Assembly (NCBI GenBank): GCA_964016885.1
Contig: OZ024743.1
Coordinates: forward strand, 273,482,001-273,546,000
Reading direction: 5' to 3'
From: Eledone cirrhosa
Lineage: Eukaryota
Length of the DNA stretch: 64,000 bases
Shown here: one piece after another, positions 42,774-56,769 of the stretch
Layout of the letters: each line of letters begins with the position of its first letter
Position numbering within the stretch: position 1 is the stretch's first letter
Program-made: the position numbers and the translations under genes
The notes under the pieces: model-generated
The model's database searches: none
What the model was told of the DNA's origin: nothing
The model's input: the letters and a program-made list of their open reading frames with translations, nothing else

Positions 42774-42822
<49 letters not shown>

Positions 42823-42837
42823 TATACATATATATAT

Positions 42838-43330
42838 ATAACGAAGGAAATGTGGTAAGGAAACAGGTGGACCATAACGCACCAAAGTACTCAATACTTA
42901 GGGTAGTAGAGTGGTTAATAGGAACGAGTAGGACCCCGACGGCTGAGCTCAAGCCGTTTCGACGGCTAATTCTGGACTAAATGAGAATTTTTATCCTGGT
43001 ATATGAATAGCCGAGCTTCTCAGGGGGTAATTCCATATATGGTAATAGTGATTGTCACAAGGATTGGTCAAAAGTTTGTTGTTGAGACACATAATTCTAT
43101 CATGGCAATTTGTGGAAGGAAGGGGTAGCTGAACCTGCCAGTAGAAGAAAGTGGGTGAGGGGGTGTGGGAAACCCAGTCGTGCGTTGATAGTGCCAACTG
43201 CAGCAGGACAGGAGGTCAAGGAAGTATACTAGGGAGGGGGAGGAGGAAGTCGAAACAATAAGTAAAACAATATGGGGTAAATAAATAGAAAAATACCGAG
43301 AATGTTAAAAAAAACAATTAAATATTTAAA
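42838..43330 (-). mobile_element. Family A element with an HHR-like fold at 42933-43028
   Basis: ACCCC CTGAGAA G-CT-CGGCTA..TAGCCG-TC GAAA CGGCT-TGAGCTC-AGCCG TC GGGGT on the minus strand. The 3' end abuts (TA)n. Confidence 0.85.
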
Positions 43331-43649
43331 AAAAAAAATTTCTGGTTACTATTCCCTAAGGACAGCTATCAAGTCTCTCACTGGTACAGCTAGACTAAGG
43401 AAAAGTTTACTAGGTGGGACGGAATTATAATGAGACCCTTTTAAGAGGTAGTAGTAATCAACCGAGTATATCTTACGGTGACGGGTCAACAAGTGGGGGG
43501 ACAAAATACTAAAGAAACTACCACGAAATAATAATTCAGAGTCCCGAGACTAATACGAAATAACTGTTTCCACCCCAGGCACAAGGCCAACAACCACCCA
43601 GTGCAAAAAATAAACTAATACGAAATAATAATTCAGAATCCCGAAAAAG

Positions 43650-43801
43650 AAACAGCCCTTCTAATCGGCATTTCGTTATTTTGGTTAAGTAAATAAAACA
43701 CACACATAAACAGAAGTAGTAGTAAATTATATATATATACATACACACACACACATATATATATATATACATACATACATACACACACTGACATCACACA
43801 T

Positions 43802-43870
<69 letters not shown>

Positions 43871-44207
43871 GACCCCCTTCAAAATTGCACGAAGAAAGTT
43901 CCCCTCCGAAGCACAAGTCCGGGCCAGGTTGTTTATGGAAGGCCAGCAGTTGCCCATGGAAATCAGTCTCCTATCTCCATGCCACCGATGCTATCTAAGG
44001 GAAAGACAAATGCCGATAGATCTTGGAACTAATGAGCGCAACTATTTCCTGGGGCTACATGAATAAATAGTTTCTGAAGAATACAGTCCAGACAGGTAAT
44101 CGTAATCACCACCTTACGATCGTAGGCAAGGTGCTCAAACCATATATATATATATATGTGTGTGTGTGTGCGTGTGTGCATGTGTGGTGTCAGTGTGTGT
44201 ATGTATG

Positions 44208-44306
<99 letters not shown>

Positions 44307-44398
44307 CTATATATATATATAATTTACTACTACTTCTGTTATGTGTGTGTTTTATTTACTGAACCAAAATAACGAAATGCCGATTAGAAGGGCTGTTT
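43650..44398. repeat. Inverted repeat arms 43650-43810 and 44165-44398 that include the microsatellite stretches
   Basis: AAACAGCCCTTCTAATCGGCATTTCGTTATTTTGGTT versus its reverse complement ending at 44398. Confidence 0.85.
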
Positions 44399-44569
44399 AG
44401 AACAAGCCTAACTCTAAATAAATAAATGCCCTGGATTCGATCCCCACACAGTCGCCTTCAGTTTGGTCCACTCTTCCCATGTCTTTATTATCTTTATGCA
44501 CATATTTAAGTTATGAACTTAGCCCCATCGATAATGATGTAATAATTATTATGCAAAATATAGCGGAAT

Positions 44570-45318
44570 TTCAATACATTTAATAATACATCATCCGCAA
44601 GCTCACTGGCACAAGCTGGGGTGCAAACCTTCACACACAGAGCTCATCTATATTAGCTTTCTGTTACTCAGCTGCCGAGTATGCATGCCCAGTATGGGAG
44701 CGAGGTATCGATGTCCACAGGCTATATCCCGCCCTCAATGCTAGCTGTCGCCTCATCACAGGCTGCCTAAAATCTACACCTACTGCATATCCTGGCAGGC
44801 ATAGCACCATCAGATATACAACGGAGTGCAGCAAGCAAGAAAGAGCGTCAACAACAGACTACTGATCAAAAATATTCTCTCATCGGTCATGTGCCAGCCA
44901 AAAGCCACCTTAAATCCAGAAAAAGTTTCCTAAAGATCATCACACTCTTTGGAACATCAACCATAAGTAGTGAAAGAGTCATTCGCTGGGAAGAATAATT
45001 TAGCAACCTCCCATCCGTAACAACAACGGGGCTAAAGGTGAGCAGATACAAACTATGCAGTGTGGAACTGCCTCAACAGATTGAGATCTGGTGTTGGTCG
45101 CGCAAAAGCCAATCTGGCAAAATGAGGATAGTTTAATGATGAGGATATTTAAAAGATGAGGACGGCATAGAACCACAGACTACGAACCACCTCATAATAT
45201 GCCTCCTGCTGGAACAACTCTGCACCTTATTGGACTTGGTAAATTTTAATGAGCTGCGGAGGAACCACATCTAGCCAAGCTTTGTAGCCGACAGTCTTGT
45301 GGACACGATAAGAAGAAA
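44570..45318 (+). mobile_element. Vingi/Ingi-clade LINE 3' fragment
   Basis: NNIIRKLTGTSWGAN..LAFCYSAAEYACPVW..CRLITGCLKSTP..LAGIAP..HLKSRKSF..WNCLNRLRSGVGRAKANL..QTTNHL. Ends in ACGATAAGAAGAA. Confidence 0.8.
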
Positions 45319-45984
45319 CATGCATTTAATTTAAACTTTAAAAAGATGTTTTAAGTTAAAATCTGTTTAATTATTCATTGTTTATAAACTTATCATCCTG
45401 CTTCTTGTCACTTCTTCGTCTTCACGTTTTGCTATATGTTGCCACCAGCAGTTTAATTCTGTGTGTGTATTGCTCCCCATTATCTTTTGCATGTAGCTAA
45501 CCCATGCTTCTCTGCTGATACTAGTGCTGAGCCAATTATTTACTACCCTAGTTTCAATGGAATTCTATCACTTTTGTATTGTTACCACCTCGTATTTCTA
45601 CTCACCTATCTCTCCACCTACATTTCATACTTTGTGTTTCCTTTAATTCTTTTTTTTTTTTTTTTGATTTATCGCTACCATTGTCTTATGCTTTCAATAT
45701 CATGCCTTTGACTAAAATATACGCATTTGACTAAAAATTGTGTTTTTAAAATCATTTTACCAATGGGCCCGTGATCAAACGTTCAGTAGCTTGGAACAGC
45801 CTATTATCTCAACTGGGGAGGATTAAAGGTTTCAATTACAACTATTTGCTAATTGATTCATTGTAGCCCTTCTCTGTTCTGGCAGAAGAGTATAATGCTG
45901 ATTATAACTAGTGGTGAATTTAAATAAATTATAGTCAGATACTGTAGGTACATTAACAAGTAATTTTAGAAGATTACAGAGGGA

Positions 45985-46715
45985 AAATTAATTCTCCTTA
46001 TATACATATACGCCCCGTCCGAACTCAAAAGAACCAATCTCCCACTGTCCCAGCCTTGGTCTCTTCCACTCTCCCCATCTCTCACTATTGTGAGCAAATG
46101 GGGGCCAACGCGCTGGCCGCACCAGGGCCCCGACGGACATAATAGAGAAGTCGTTTCCCCGGAGGATGGTGAGGAAAACACGTTGAAAGAACCGTTCCAG
46201 TTCACGGGGCTCAGGCCTGCGGGACGCTAACTCTGTACCGATAGTGGTGAGCATGGAGGTGACCCTAGGGCTAAGACCAACAGACGTCACCACTGCCACG
46301 GGCTCGACCTGAACCAGTCGTAGAGCGACCGATATTTTGAGAGTTTACCCTCCTCGACTCGAAGTGCATCAGTGACTAGGTTACTCGCAGACTGTACCAG
46401 CTTGCTGCAGCAGAATGTGTTGCTACATGTGGCATCCCAGATGAGGTGTTTACCACCGGAGAACGTAAAATGGTCATGCAGACTGGCCTGTTGCCGTCCC
46501 CTCGGTCCAGCACCAGCGGCTTTAAATGGGAAGGAAAGCTATAGCATCCAAGCCATGCTTGATGACCTGTTGAAAGCAGCATGGCGAGAAAGACTGCCGG
46601 TATTCTAGCGGCAGGACAGTGAGAGGAGGACGACGAAAGTGTCTACGGTGGATCCGCAGCGGCATTTATATAGCTCAGATATCCGTAGGCCGAGTCTCGG
46701 GTATACCCCCATTAG
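45985..46715 (-). mobile_element. CRE-clade non-LTR retrotransposon 3' fragment (restriction-like endonuclease domain)
   Basis: Across frames: LSCR..GSLSRHAAFN, LDRGDGNRPVCMT (cf. GDGKRPDGMT), GKHLIWDATCSNTF, EEGKLSKY and FFQRVFLTILRGNDFSIM (cf. LAQRISIAIQRGNAASI). Confidence 0.8.
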
Positions 46716-47269
46716 CAGCCTATCATTGTCCAGGTGGTGCATATGGTGGCATATAAAACATTTTTTTCCCAAAAATAATGGTCACAATATATAAAACATT
46801 GAAGCATCTGGAAAACTAATATTTTTTCTTGGTATTTTTTCCTGATGAAATGGTGAATATACGTCAGGTAATCATATATACAAACAAAGATGGTACTCAT
46901 TGATACAATATAATAGTGATGTTATTTAAGATCGTTTTGTTTGTCAGTCTGATTAAATCTTCTAAACATCTATGAATCTGATACGCGCTATTCTGTAGAA
47001 ATTGTTTAGTGAATAATTTTACAGGAGGCTATTGACAATGGACATATGCAAATGATATTGTAGTACAAGTCTATGCAAGTCTATGCGCTTTGGTGAAGAC
47101 TAGACCATTCGTGAACCGTTGCGTGATGTTCACTTAAAAATAAGTTCTAAATGATTAGAATATACACGGACATGTATATAATGTAAAATTAAATTGGAAG
47201 GCCGATATATATATATATATGTATGTGTATCTGTGTGTACACACACACGCATATATATATATATATATA

Positions 47270-47522
47270 TCCAAATGGAACCTGAACCGATAAGGTTTGG
47301 TTTATCGGATATATCACTATTTTATATTTTATCTGATGAGAGCGTACCAAAGAATTTTGGGTACCCTTGAAATATATGTAATAAAATAAATATGGTTTTA
47401 TAAATATAGTTTCTATTTATTAATATCATTGATATTATACTCCAGGAAAATAGTGTAGAGTGCTTCGAACGTGTTATAATACATAGATTTGTTGAATTAC
47501 CAGCAAATTAATTATCTCTTTG

Positions 47523-47527
<5 letters not shown>
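47270..47527 (+). mobile_element. Family D short HHR-bearing element within (TA)n
   Basis: Contains the HHR below. Its tail (47425-47527) is homologous to 63842-63942. Confidence 0.75.
47325..47388 (+). ncRNA. Canonical minimal type I hammerhead ribozyme
   Basis: TATTTTAT CTGATGA GAGcGTACC-loop-GGTACcCTT GAAA TATATG TA ATAAAATA. It has an 8-bp stem I, a full core, a GUA site after 47380 and a palindromic ATAT stem III loop. Confidence 0.85.
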
Positions 47528-47552
<25 letters not shown>

Positions 47553-47555
<3 letters not shown>

Positions 47556-48368
47556 CGATGGACCATAAAGCACCAAAGTACTCAATACTCAGGGTAGTAG
47601 AGTGAGTAATAGGAGAAAGTATAACCCCGACAGCAGAGCTCAAGCCGTTTCGACGGCTATTTCTGGACTAAAGTAAGAGTTTTTTTAGTCTGGCAAATAA
47701 ATAGTCGACATTTTCATGGGGTTCTTCCTTATATGGGAAGATTATAGTTGTCAACAGGATTGGTCAAAATTTGTAGCAGACACAGAAAAGTCTATCATGG
47801 CAGTGGGGGCGGGGTGGGGATGGCTGAACTTGCCTGTAGAACGATAGGGGAGTGGGTAGAGCCGGTCAAGCGTAGAAGGTGAAATCCACACGGCAAATTC
47901 TAAGGAATGTGTATGAAAGTGGGCCAGTGGAGGTTGGCGAAAAAAGGTTTCTTTAGAAAGTGGAGGAGGGACGTTATAGAAATAGTAAATCAAATGCGAT
48001 TAGGGGACAATGAAAAAATATAATAAAAGAGAATATAATAAAAAATAAAAATATATATATTATATCTTCTTTTTATATTATATTCTTTTTTTTATTTTTT
48101 ATTATATTCTCTTTTATTATATCGTTGCCCTATCGTTCTGCAGGCAAGTTCAGCCATTCCCAACCCGCACCCACTGCCATGATAGACTTTTCTGTGTCTG
48201 CTACAAATTTTGACCAATCCTTTTAACAACTACAACCTTCCCATATAAGGAAGTACCCCCTGAAAAGTTCGGCTATTTATTTACCAGACTAAAAAAACTC
48301 TTACTTTAGTCCAGAAATAGCCGTCGAACCGGCTTGAGCTCTGCCGACGGGGTCATACTTTCTTCTAT
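47553..48368. mobile_element. Family A fold-back pair (minus arm 47553-47850, plus arm 48128-48368) with degenerate HHR folds at 47624-47722 (-) and 48255-48353 (+)
   Basis: The arms are reverse complements. The cores read ATGAAAA and CTGAAAA. Confidence 0.85.
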
Positions 48369-48448
48369 TGATATATATGTGTGTGTGTGTGAGTGTAGGT
48401 GTGTGTGTATGTATTTGGGTGCCTGTGACGTATATACACTGGTCACAC

Positions 48449-48528
<80 letters not shown>

Positions 48529-48559
48529 ATATATATACATATAAATAACCAAAGATTTA

Positions 48560-49770
48560 ACCAAAATACTGCCAACAGAAATACACACATTCACCGGCTA
48601 TTGCACTGTTCGATTGAAAAAATTATAACTTCCAACAATGCATGAAGACCATCAAAAATAACCAAAGACCAGCTGAGAAGAATTGGGCCATTGAGAAAAT
48701 CGAACTCAACCGCAAAGTGTTCTTCTCATTTGCGAAAAAAACACAAGGTCACTTACTCCACTGTTGGCCCTCTAATTGATGGAAATGGCCCTCTCTAAGA
48801 TAATTCCAAAACTATTGGTGAGATAATGCAGAAACCATACTGCTCTGTTTTCAGCAATCCTGATATAGCCGATCTGGGCTGTATCAATGATGTTCCTCCC
48901 CAACACACTATATGGGAGATAGTGTTTGGCGCCCCTGATGTCTTAGCAACAATAAACGAAATTAAACACAATTCAGCAGTAGGCCCCGACAGATTCCCTG
49001 CTTGGGTCATGAAGGTGGGTCAACACCAACTTGCATCTCTTGTTAATCTGTGTAGGATCTCACTGGATGCTGGCTATATTCCTGAAAACTTGCTGTCCCA
49101 GTCTTTTGTCCCAGTTTTCCAAAAGGGAAACAAGTCTCTTGCAGTAAGCTACCGTCCGATCTCACTCACCCTCTCATACCATCAAGGTATTTGCGATGGT
49201 GGTGAGGTCACGAATAACCCACTTTCTTGAATGCAACTGATTGCTGAACTCCAAATAACATGGGTTCCGTAATGGAAGTGAGTGACTAACGCAGCTCCTG
49301 CATCACTTTGCTGATTTTTGAGAACTTTGGGAGAGGGCTCCAGCACTGATGACATCTACCTTGATTTCAGCAAGGCCTTTGACAGGGTTGATCACAAGAT
49401 TCTATTGAAATAACTGTTCAACATTGGTGTCTATGGAAAGTTACTGCAACAATGGATCAAGTGTTTCCTGACAGACAGAGCCCAACATGTTGTAGTCGAA
49501 GGAGTAAAATCAAGCCCAGCCAAATTCAGTAGTGGCATTCTGCACGGCACTGTGGTGGGCCCACTTCTTTTCATTATCTACATTAATGATATTACTGACA
49601 TCATCAGACACAGCAACATAAGAAGACTTGCAGATGATTCCAAGCTCTAGAAGGTCATCAGTGAAGTAGATGATTGGACATGTCTTCAGTCAGACCTACT
49701 GACTGTTATCTAATGGCCGGAAAAGAACAATATGCTGCTGAAAGAGGATAAATTTGAGTTACTCCAATAC
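48560..49770 (+). mobile_element. CR1/L2-group LINE reverse transcriptase fragment (pseudogenised)
   Basis: SAVGPDRFP, VPVFQKGNKSLAVSYRPISLT, HGFRNG, YLDFSKAFDRVDH, SGILHGTVVGPLLFIIYIND and LADDSKL. Confidence 0.92.
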
Positions 49771-50623
49771 ACATATTTGTATATATACACACACACTTAG
49801 AAACCTTTCCTATTTAGCTGGAAATGTTCCCTATACACATCCTGTCCTAACACAAGTTATATCATACATATGACTTAATATTTAGTTACCAGCTTCGAGC
49901 TAGACACAGTCATGCTAAATTCGATTGTTTGAAGTCACCTGTTATAATTTCATTCAACAATACCACCAGCTCTCTCTCTCGCTCTTCCATTTTCCTTTTC
50001 TGTCTCCTTCTCCCTCTCTCTTTCAATCTACTCTCTCTCAACCACTATCTATTTCTCTCTATCTTTATCTCTCTCTATTTATGAAGGTACCTGGAAAAAC
50101 CCGTATCTCGCGCCCCGTGCTCCGATTTACGCGAAACTTTTTAATTCCATTTGTATTCCCATTTCAGGGGCAACTTTCTATTATGCGCCGTTGTGCCTGT
50201 ATTACATTACAACACACAATCACAGAGTTTAAGTAGCATATAGATAGATTGTAGTCAACATTGGTGAAGTTAGTTTCCTTGTTACTGCTTAATTTTGTAA
50301 ATGAAAAAGATATATCTACATGGAAGTCCCAAGTTCGGATGAAACTGGATCATTCTGTAGATTAGAGACATCCATAGCTAGCTGGGCTATGCTTAGTGTT
50401 ATTCTGTAATACATTTAATAATGAGGCTTACTGGTTACGCTGTTCGTGTCACGTTCACGTGTAAGCGAGTTCTGCCCATGAGAAAGTCATGTTATCTCAC
50501 GTTGCCCCTGCCAACTCAGTTGGCAAACATGAGATGTATCTGTCAATCATTTGTCTTGAAAAGGCTTGCTGAACCCGAAACCGACTGGCGCCGCGGTCGG
50601 GATTTTAAACACATCTCTCTCCC

Positions 50624-50625
<2 letters not shown>

Positions 50626-50712
<87 letters not shown>
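50626..50712. repeat. (CT)n microsatellite
   Basis: Read directly. Similar tracts occur at 16852-16900 and 51640-51768. Confidence 0.99.
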
Positions 50713-50715
<3 letters not shown>

Positions 50716-50742
50716 ATATATATATACATATATATATATATA

Positions 50743-51012
50743 TGGTGGCTGCGAACTCGTTTTCGAGTACGGCCACTACTTTATATCCATGTAGGAGAAC
50801 CCCTACCGATACGCTGAACGAGTGTGACTCTTTAGTCCAGCCAGCGACTTGAAAACTCTGGTACAAACACTACACTTGTGACAATTATTGACACATAGTG
50901 CTGGGCCCATGGTACCATGTGACGACAAGTGCAGAGAGATCTCCAGATATAAAGCAATGCCTGTCCGTGAAGCTTTTATAGTGAGCAAAGGCACTGCACA
51001 AAACCAGTCCCA
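50743..51012 (-). mobile_element. RTE-derived element, second copy (5'-truncated)
   Basis: Highly similar to 16987-17250 and encodes CSVCTRVFKSLAGLKSH. Confidence 0.75.
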
Positions 51013-51599
51013 CACATATACATACATACATACATTCATATGCATATATTCATATATATGTGGGTATGTCTGTAATCAAATAACCAGTGAGGTTGAACAA
51101 CATTAGGCATACTATTCTAATACATAATATTGGTGTTGTGTACGTGTCCAATCTTTTTGGAGATAAATTTGTAACTGAATCACAAACAGTATCGAAAGCC
51201 ATTTAGCCAGTCTCCCAATTATTGATTCTACAAAGGTAATATCGATCCTTCTAGATACGGAAGCCAGCTACATAAACATCGATGTGTTCGTTTATTCATT
51301 CTCTTACATCGGTATTCAAGAATTTGACAGCATCCGCACCCATACTGATTTCGTTAGCAAACCTAGTTAAAGAAAAGAATCACTGAGACACTGTGCCTGT
51401 CTTTTTGTTATAGTAGCTGTAGATACGTTGCTATACTTTTACTTGCAGGCTTCCATAATGAACATTTTTTAATGGGTGGATCTCATAGGAACAGCTAGTT
51501 CTGTCGATAACAAATACTTTTCTTTATCTAGCAGTATCTATAATTAGGTGATGCGAGCTGTTTTTCAATTTTGTTTTCGATCTATATAATATATATATG

Positions 51600-51641
<42 letters not shown>

Positions 51642-51697
51642 GAGAGAGAGTGAGAGAGAGAGAGAAAGAGAAAGAGAGAGAGAGAGAGAGAGCGAGA

Positions 51698-51771
<74 letters not shown>

Positions 51772-53649
51772 TAGATATTTGTAAAATATATAATTTACAA
51801 ATTGTCTTTGTAAAATTGCTACGGTTTACATTTTTCAATTCTAATTACTCTACCTTTCACAAAATAGTAGTATTTGTGTGCAGCGACTATCTTCGTTTTG
51901 CAGTTTGACTTTCACGGTATTAAAAAAAATTTGAACTCTTGAAATACAGTAATTTGGTTGCTTAATGCACTAAACACCTTCTATGTTTCACTGAGATAAC
52001 GATTATGATATTATGATAAACTTATCTTAACCATGAGAATACGTCTGAAGAACGACGTACTTACACATTCGAGCTTTTACACACAACAAATTTATCTGAT
52101 CGGTGCTTTATATTAAATAATTCAGAAATTTTCTTGAGAAAGATTTCGTTTGGAAAAGCCGTAGTGCTTAACATGATTTTCTGACGGAGATATAAATTAT
52201 ATATTATTTATATTAACTATATTCTAGTACGAATATTCAGATACTAGCTTACCGAAGCTATTCATAAGAATGTAGATGCATAAAGCATGTGAGTGCAAAA
52301 AAACAGATATAAAGCAAGCCATTTGGATGGATCGGTCAGGTAAGATATATATCTTCGTCTAGTAATATGATATCACCTCACAAACTTTGGATAAAATACA
52401 GTAAATGAGTACATATATCCGTTTTGAAAAAAACGATGAATTTTAATTGGTGGGAATTCTGGTGTTATTGGGTTGTAGCTAATCTGTGGATGTACACTCA
52501 ATGTGAACCAACGAAAGCAATGCTCTTTCCGTAAGTATTACTATCAAGAGGATGATTGAGAAGAAAACAGGGACACGAAAAAACTAAAGGGTTAGCGCCT
52601 GGAAATGATAAGAAAAAGGAAATGATATTCATAGTGAGAGAAAATTGTATATTAATGAATAAATCTGGTCGGGGGATGCTAGGAGACACCTCAAGAAATT
52701 TGAATAAAAATTATTTATATGAAATGCCGCATGCAGTTTGCGATACAGTATGATCCTTGCAGTCTGTCATATTAGACCACATATATTTCAACATTTTCAG
52801 AAAGAGAATATAGAATTGAACATTAAATGCGGAGTTCCATATTTCTTTGAGGAAATGTCTTTATTATCTCTAAATTTTTTTCTAACTTATACTGATTATT
52901 TTTTACCTCACATAAATGATGTCAGTCGTGAGACTTCACGCTGAAAACGTTGTTTTAAATGCTGATCATAGAAATTTAGCGATTGCTCGCTTCTTGAATG
53001 TTGTTAAAGATTGCAAAGCGATGGAAGCCACTGATTGTGATTCCACACCAACAGCCAAACGTAAAGCACATGCTAAATGTCCTAATGTCATCAGAACATT
53101 GAATTATCTACAACAGGTACAGATAACTATCGATACGAAACCCAGAAAGTAAAGGATCGACATTGTTAAGACAAACTGACTGACAGGCATCCGTATGTAA
53201 ACAAAGAGGATACGTAGCCGATCTCTCGGATTTAAAACAGTGAGAATATACATTTAATCTAAAGAATGATTTGCTCCGGTGTAGAGATGGGATGAAATAG
53301 GGAAATGACTCTTAAAAACCAGAAAAAGAAGTAGCCATTGACCACTAGGAGGAATTGAACCCCATATCTCCCATATTAAGGTCTGTCTGTTTGTCCGTCT
53401 ACTGGTATCTGAAAGCAGTTAAGCTACCATTTTAAAATACGGTAAATAGTGTCGGGGACCATTATCTCAATAGTTAATAGTGCCCAACCCATCTCTGCAA
53501 GATATGTGGTCCAATACCGCATTTTTTCCGCCTGATCAGCGTCTCTAACTTATTTCATAGCATATCTGTACATCAGCACATCATTGTATATATTATGTAT
53601 ATATATATATATATACGGATATATATATATATATATATATACAGATATT

Positions 53650-54625
<976 letters not shown>

Positions 54626-54627
54626 AA

Positions 54628-54818
54628 TAATTGTTTCTACTTTTGGCACAAGGCCACCAAATACCCAGTTCATTACTGGTACTTTATTTTATCGACCCCG
54701 TAAGGATGAAAGGCAATGTTAACCTCGGCGGGATTTGAACTCAGAAAGGGAAGGGCCGTAACTCTATGCGTCAAAGCATGGAGTACGACCCTCTACCAAT
54801 ACTGCGAATCCACCGCCT
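54628..54818 (-). mobile_element. tRNA-derived SINE (same family as 27036-27226)
   Basis: Reverse-complement homology over the full length. Confidence 0.85.
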
Positions 54819-54960
54819 GGATATATGTATAAATAATATGTATAAATAATAATATATATACATATAAAGTATTTCTGTAGGAAGGGTAAAGGAAGGGAGA
54901 GTGCTCTATGTATGCTACAGCGCTATTTAATTAAGTAATAATCAACATAAGACAATTATG

Positions 54961-55028
54961 CATGCACCAAAAGGTTTGACGAAGACAGTCGAGCTCAACT
55001 GAGACGTCTGAAATCGCTCATCAGCATG
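54961..55028 (-). ncRNA. Degenerate type I hammerhead
   Basis: CATG CTGATGA GCGA..TCGT CAAA CC-TTTT-GG TG CATG. All three stems are present, but G12->C and the cleavage triplet is GUG. Confidence 0.55.
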
Positions 55029-55239
55029 AACATTAATTAGGGACGTAAGATATGAAATTAAAAACAAATGCTATTACAATTGAAAGCGAGTCTGAATTAA
55101 AATAAAATAAAAATGAGAAATATATAAAATAAAATAACGGGAAAAAATATACACACTGATGCAGAACGTAAGGTTAGGGGGTAAAAATAAATATATGTAT
55201 ATACCTACACTTGCACACACATATATACACACATATATG

Positions 55240-55545
55240 ATGATGGCGGCCCCCTCGTTATCGAGTATGGCCATTGCACAGAATACCATTATTAATAATT
55301 ATTAATTAATTCTATCATGCAATGCCTATGCGTGAAGATATTTTTTAAAGTGAGGAAAGACTGTGCACTGAGCCAATCTCACTCTCTGAGCGACAGTAGC
55401 TATAACCCGAAAAGAAGAAAAGATCAATATCATCTGTAACTCCTAAGCCGCAGGTTTTATATCGGAGTTATCCCAGTTTCCTGAGTTCCCTTCTCCTAGA
55501 AGAATGCTGTGATAAAGACTAGGGGTCCTTCACTCCCAGTGGTTT
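55240..55545 (-). mobile_element. RTE-derived SINE-like element (related subfamily)
   Basis: Shares GCAATGCCT..GTGAAG, GTGAGGAAAG and CCTTCTCCTAGAA..CTA.GGGGTC with 16987-17389. Confidence 0.6.
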
Positions 55546-55562
55546 AACACACATATATACAT

Positions 55563-55601
<39 letters not shown>

Positions 55602-55817
55602 CGTGAGTATACATAGATACAAACATAAGCACATTTCATGTTATTGATTTAAGATATGTATCCATCTGACCAGACAGTTAAAAAACTAAAAAAAAAAATA
55701 TTAAGGTATAAAATATACAAAAATATAAATACACGCGCAACTCCTACATAAAAACAATGGAGTACAAAAATACATATAATTACATCAGTGTATGTAAATG
55801 GATACACACACTCACGG

Positions 55818-55904
<87 letters not shown>

Positions 55905-56051
55905 CACATATATACACACATATATACGCACCTATATACACACAGATATATACGCACATATATACACACACATATATACATATATACACACACATACATA
56001 TATACACATATACATATACGCACGTACATATATACATACGCACATATACAA

Positions 56052-56706
56052 ACATATCCTGGTCCATAATTTGCTCAGCCCAACCTTATAACGGCAGCAC
56101 TGGCGTCTGCAATTTATGTATAGCTGAAACCTTTAATATTATTAGAGGCGGCCCTCTATTAATTAATAGGAGAGCAGATTTTTTCAGCAACTGCCAACAT
56201 AGAACCTCGAAAACCTTCCGCAGGATTTTTGGAAGGTAACCTACCGCTAACTTCTCCCTCTCTACTTTAACCATAGAGTTCTTTCAATAAACAGACAGTC
56301 ACACACTCAGGTAGTTAGACGGCTTAGATTGTTTGCGCACTTACAAACGATACTCGGCCTGTTTCCACCGAGTTCTCACAGCTGAGTGCACTTTTATAGA
56401 ATACCTAGGTAGTAAATATTTAGATTGATTACACACTCAGAATACCCAACCCTACACGGAGCTCCCTGCTGGCCTACATTGCGGTTGCTTGCACGCACGG
56501 TTTTGGGGACTTGGATTCTCAATGGGACAGCGGTACATACTGAGTTCGATATGAGCTGATTGCTTGCTCTTCACATGGATGTGGATATACCCAGACATAC
56601 ACTTTTTTGGACGATACGGATGTGTATAACATACACTATTTGGGGATACGGATGTTACCATTCAATCTATACACGTATAGCAGAACACTGAACTGAACTT
56701 ACTTGC

Positions 56707-56769
<63 letters not shown>

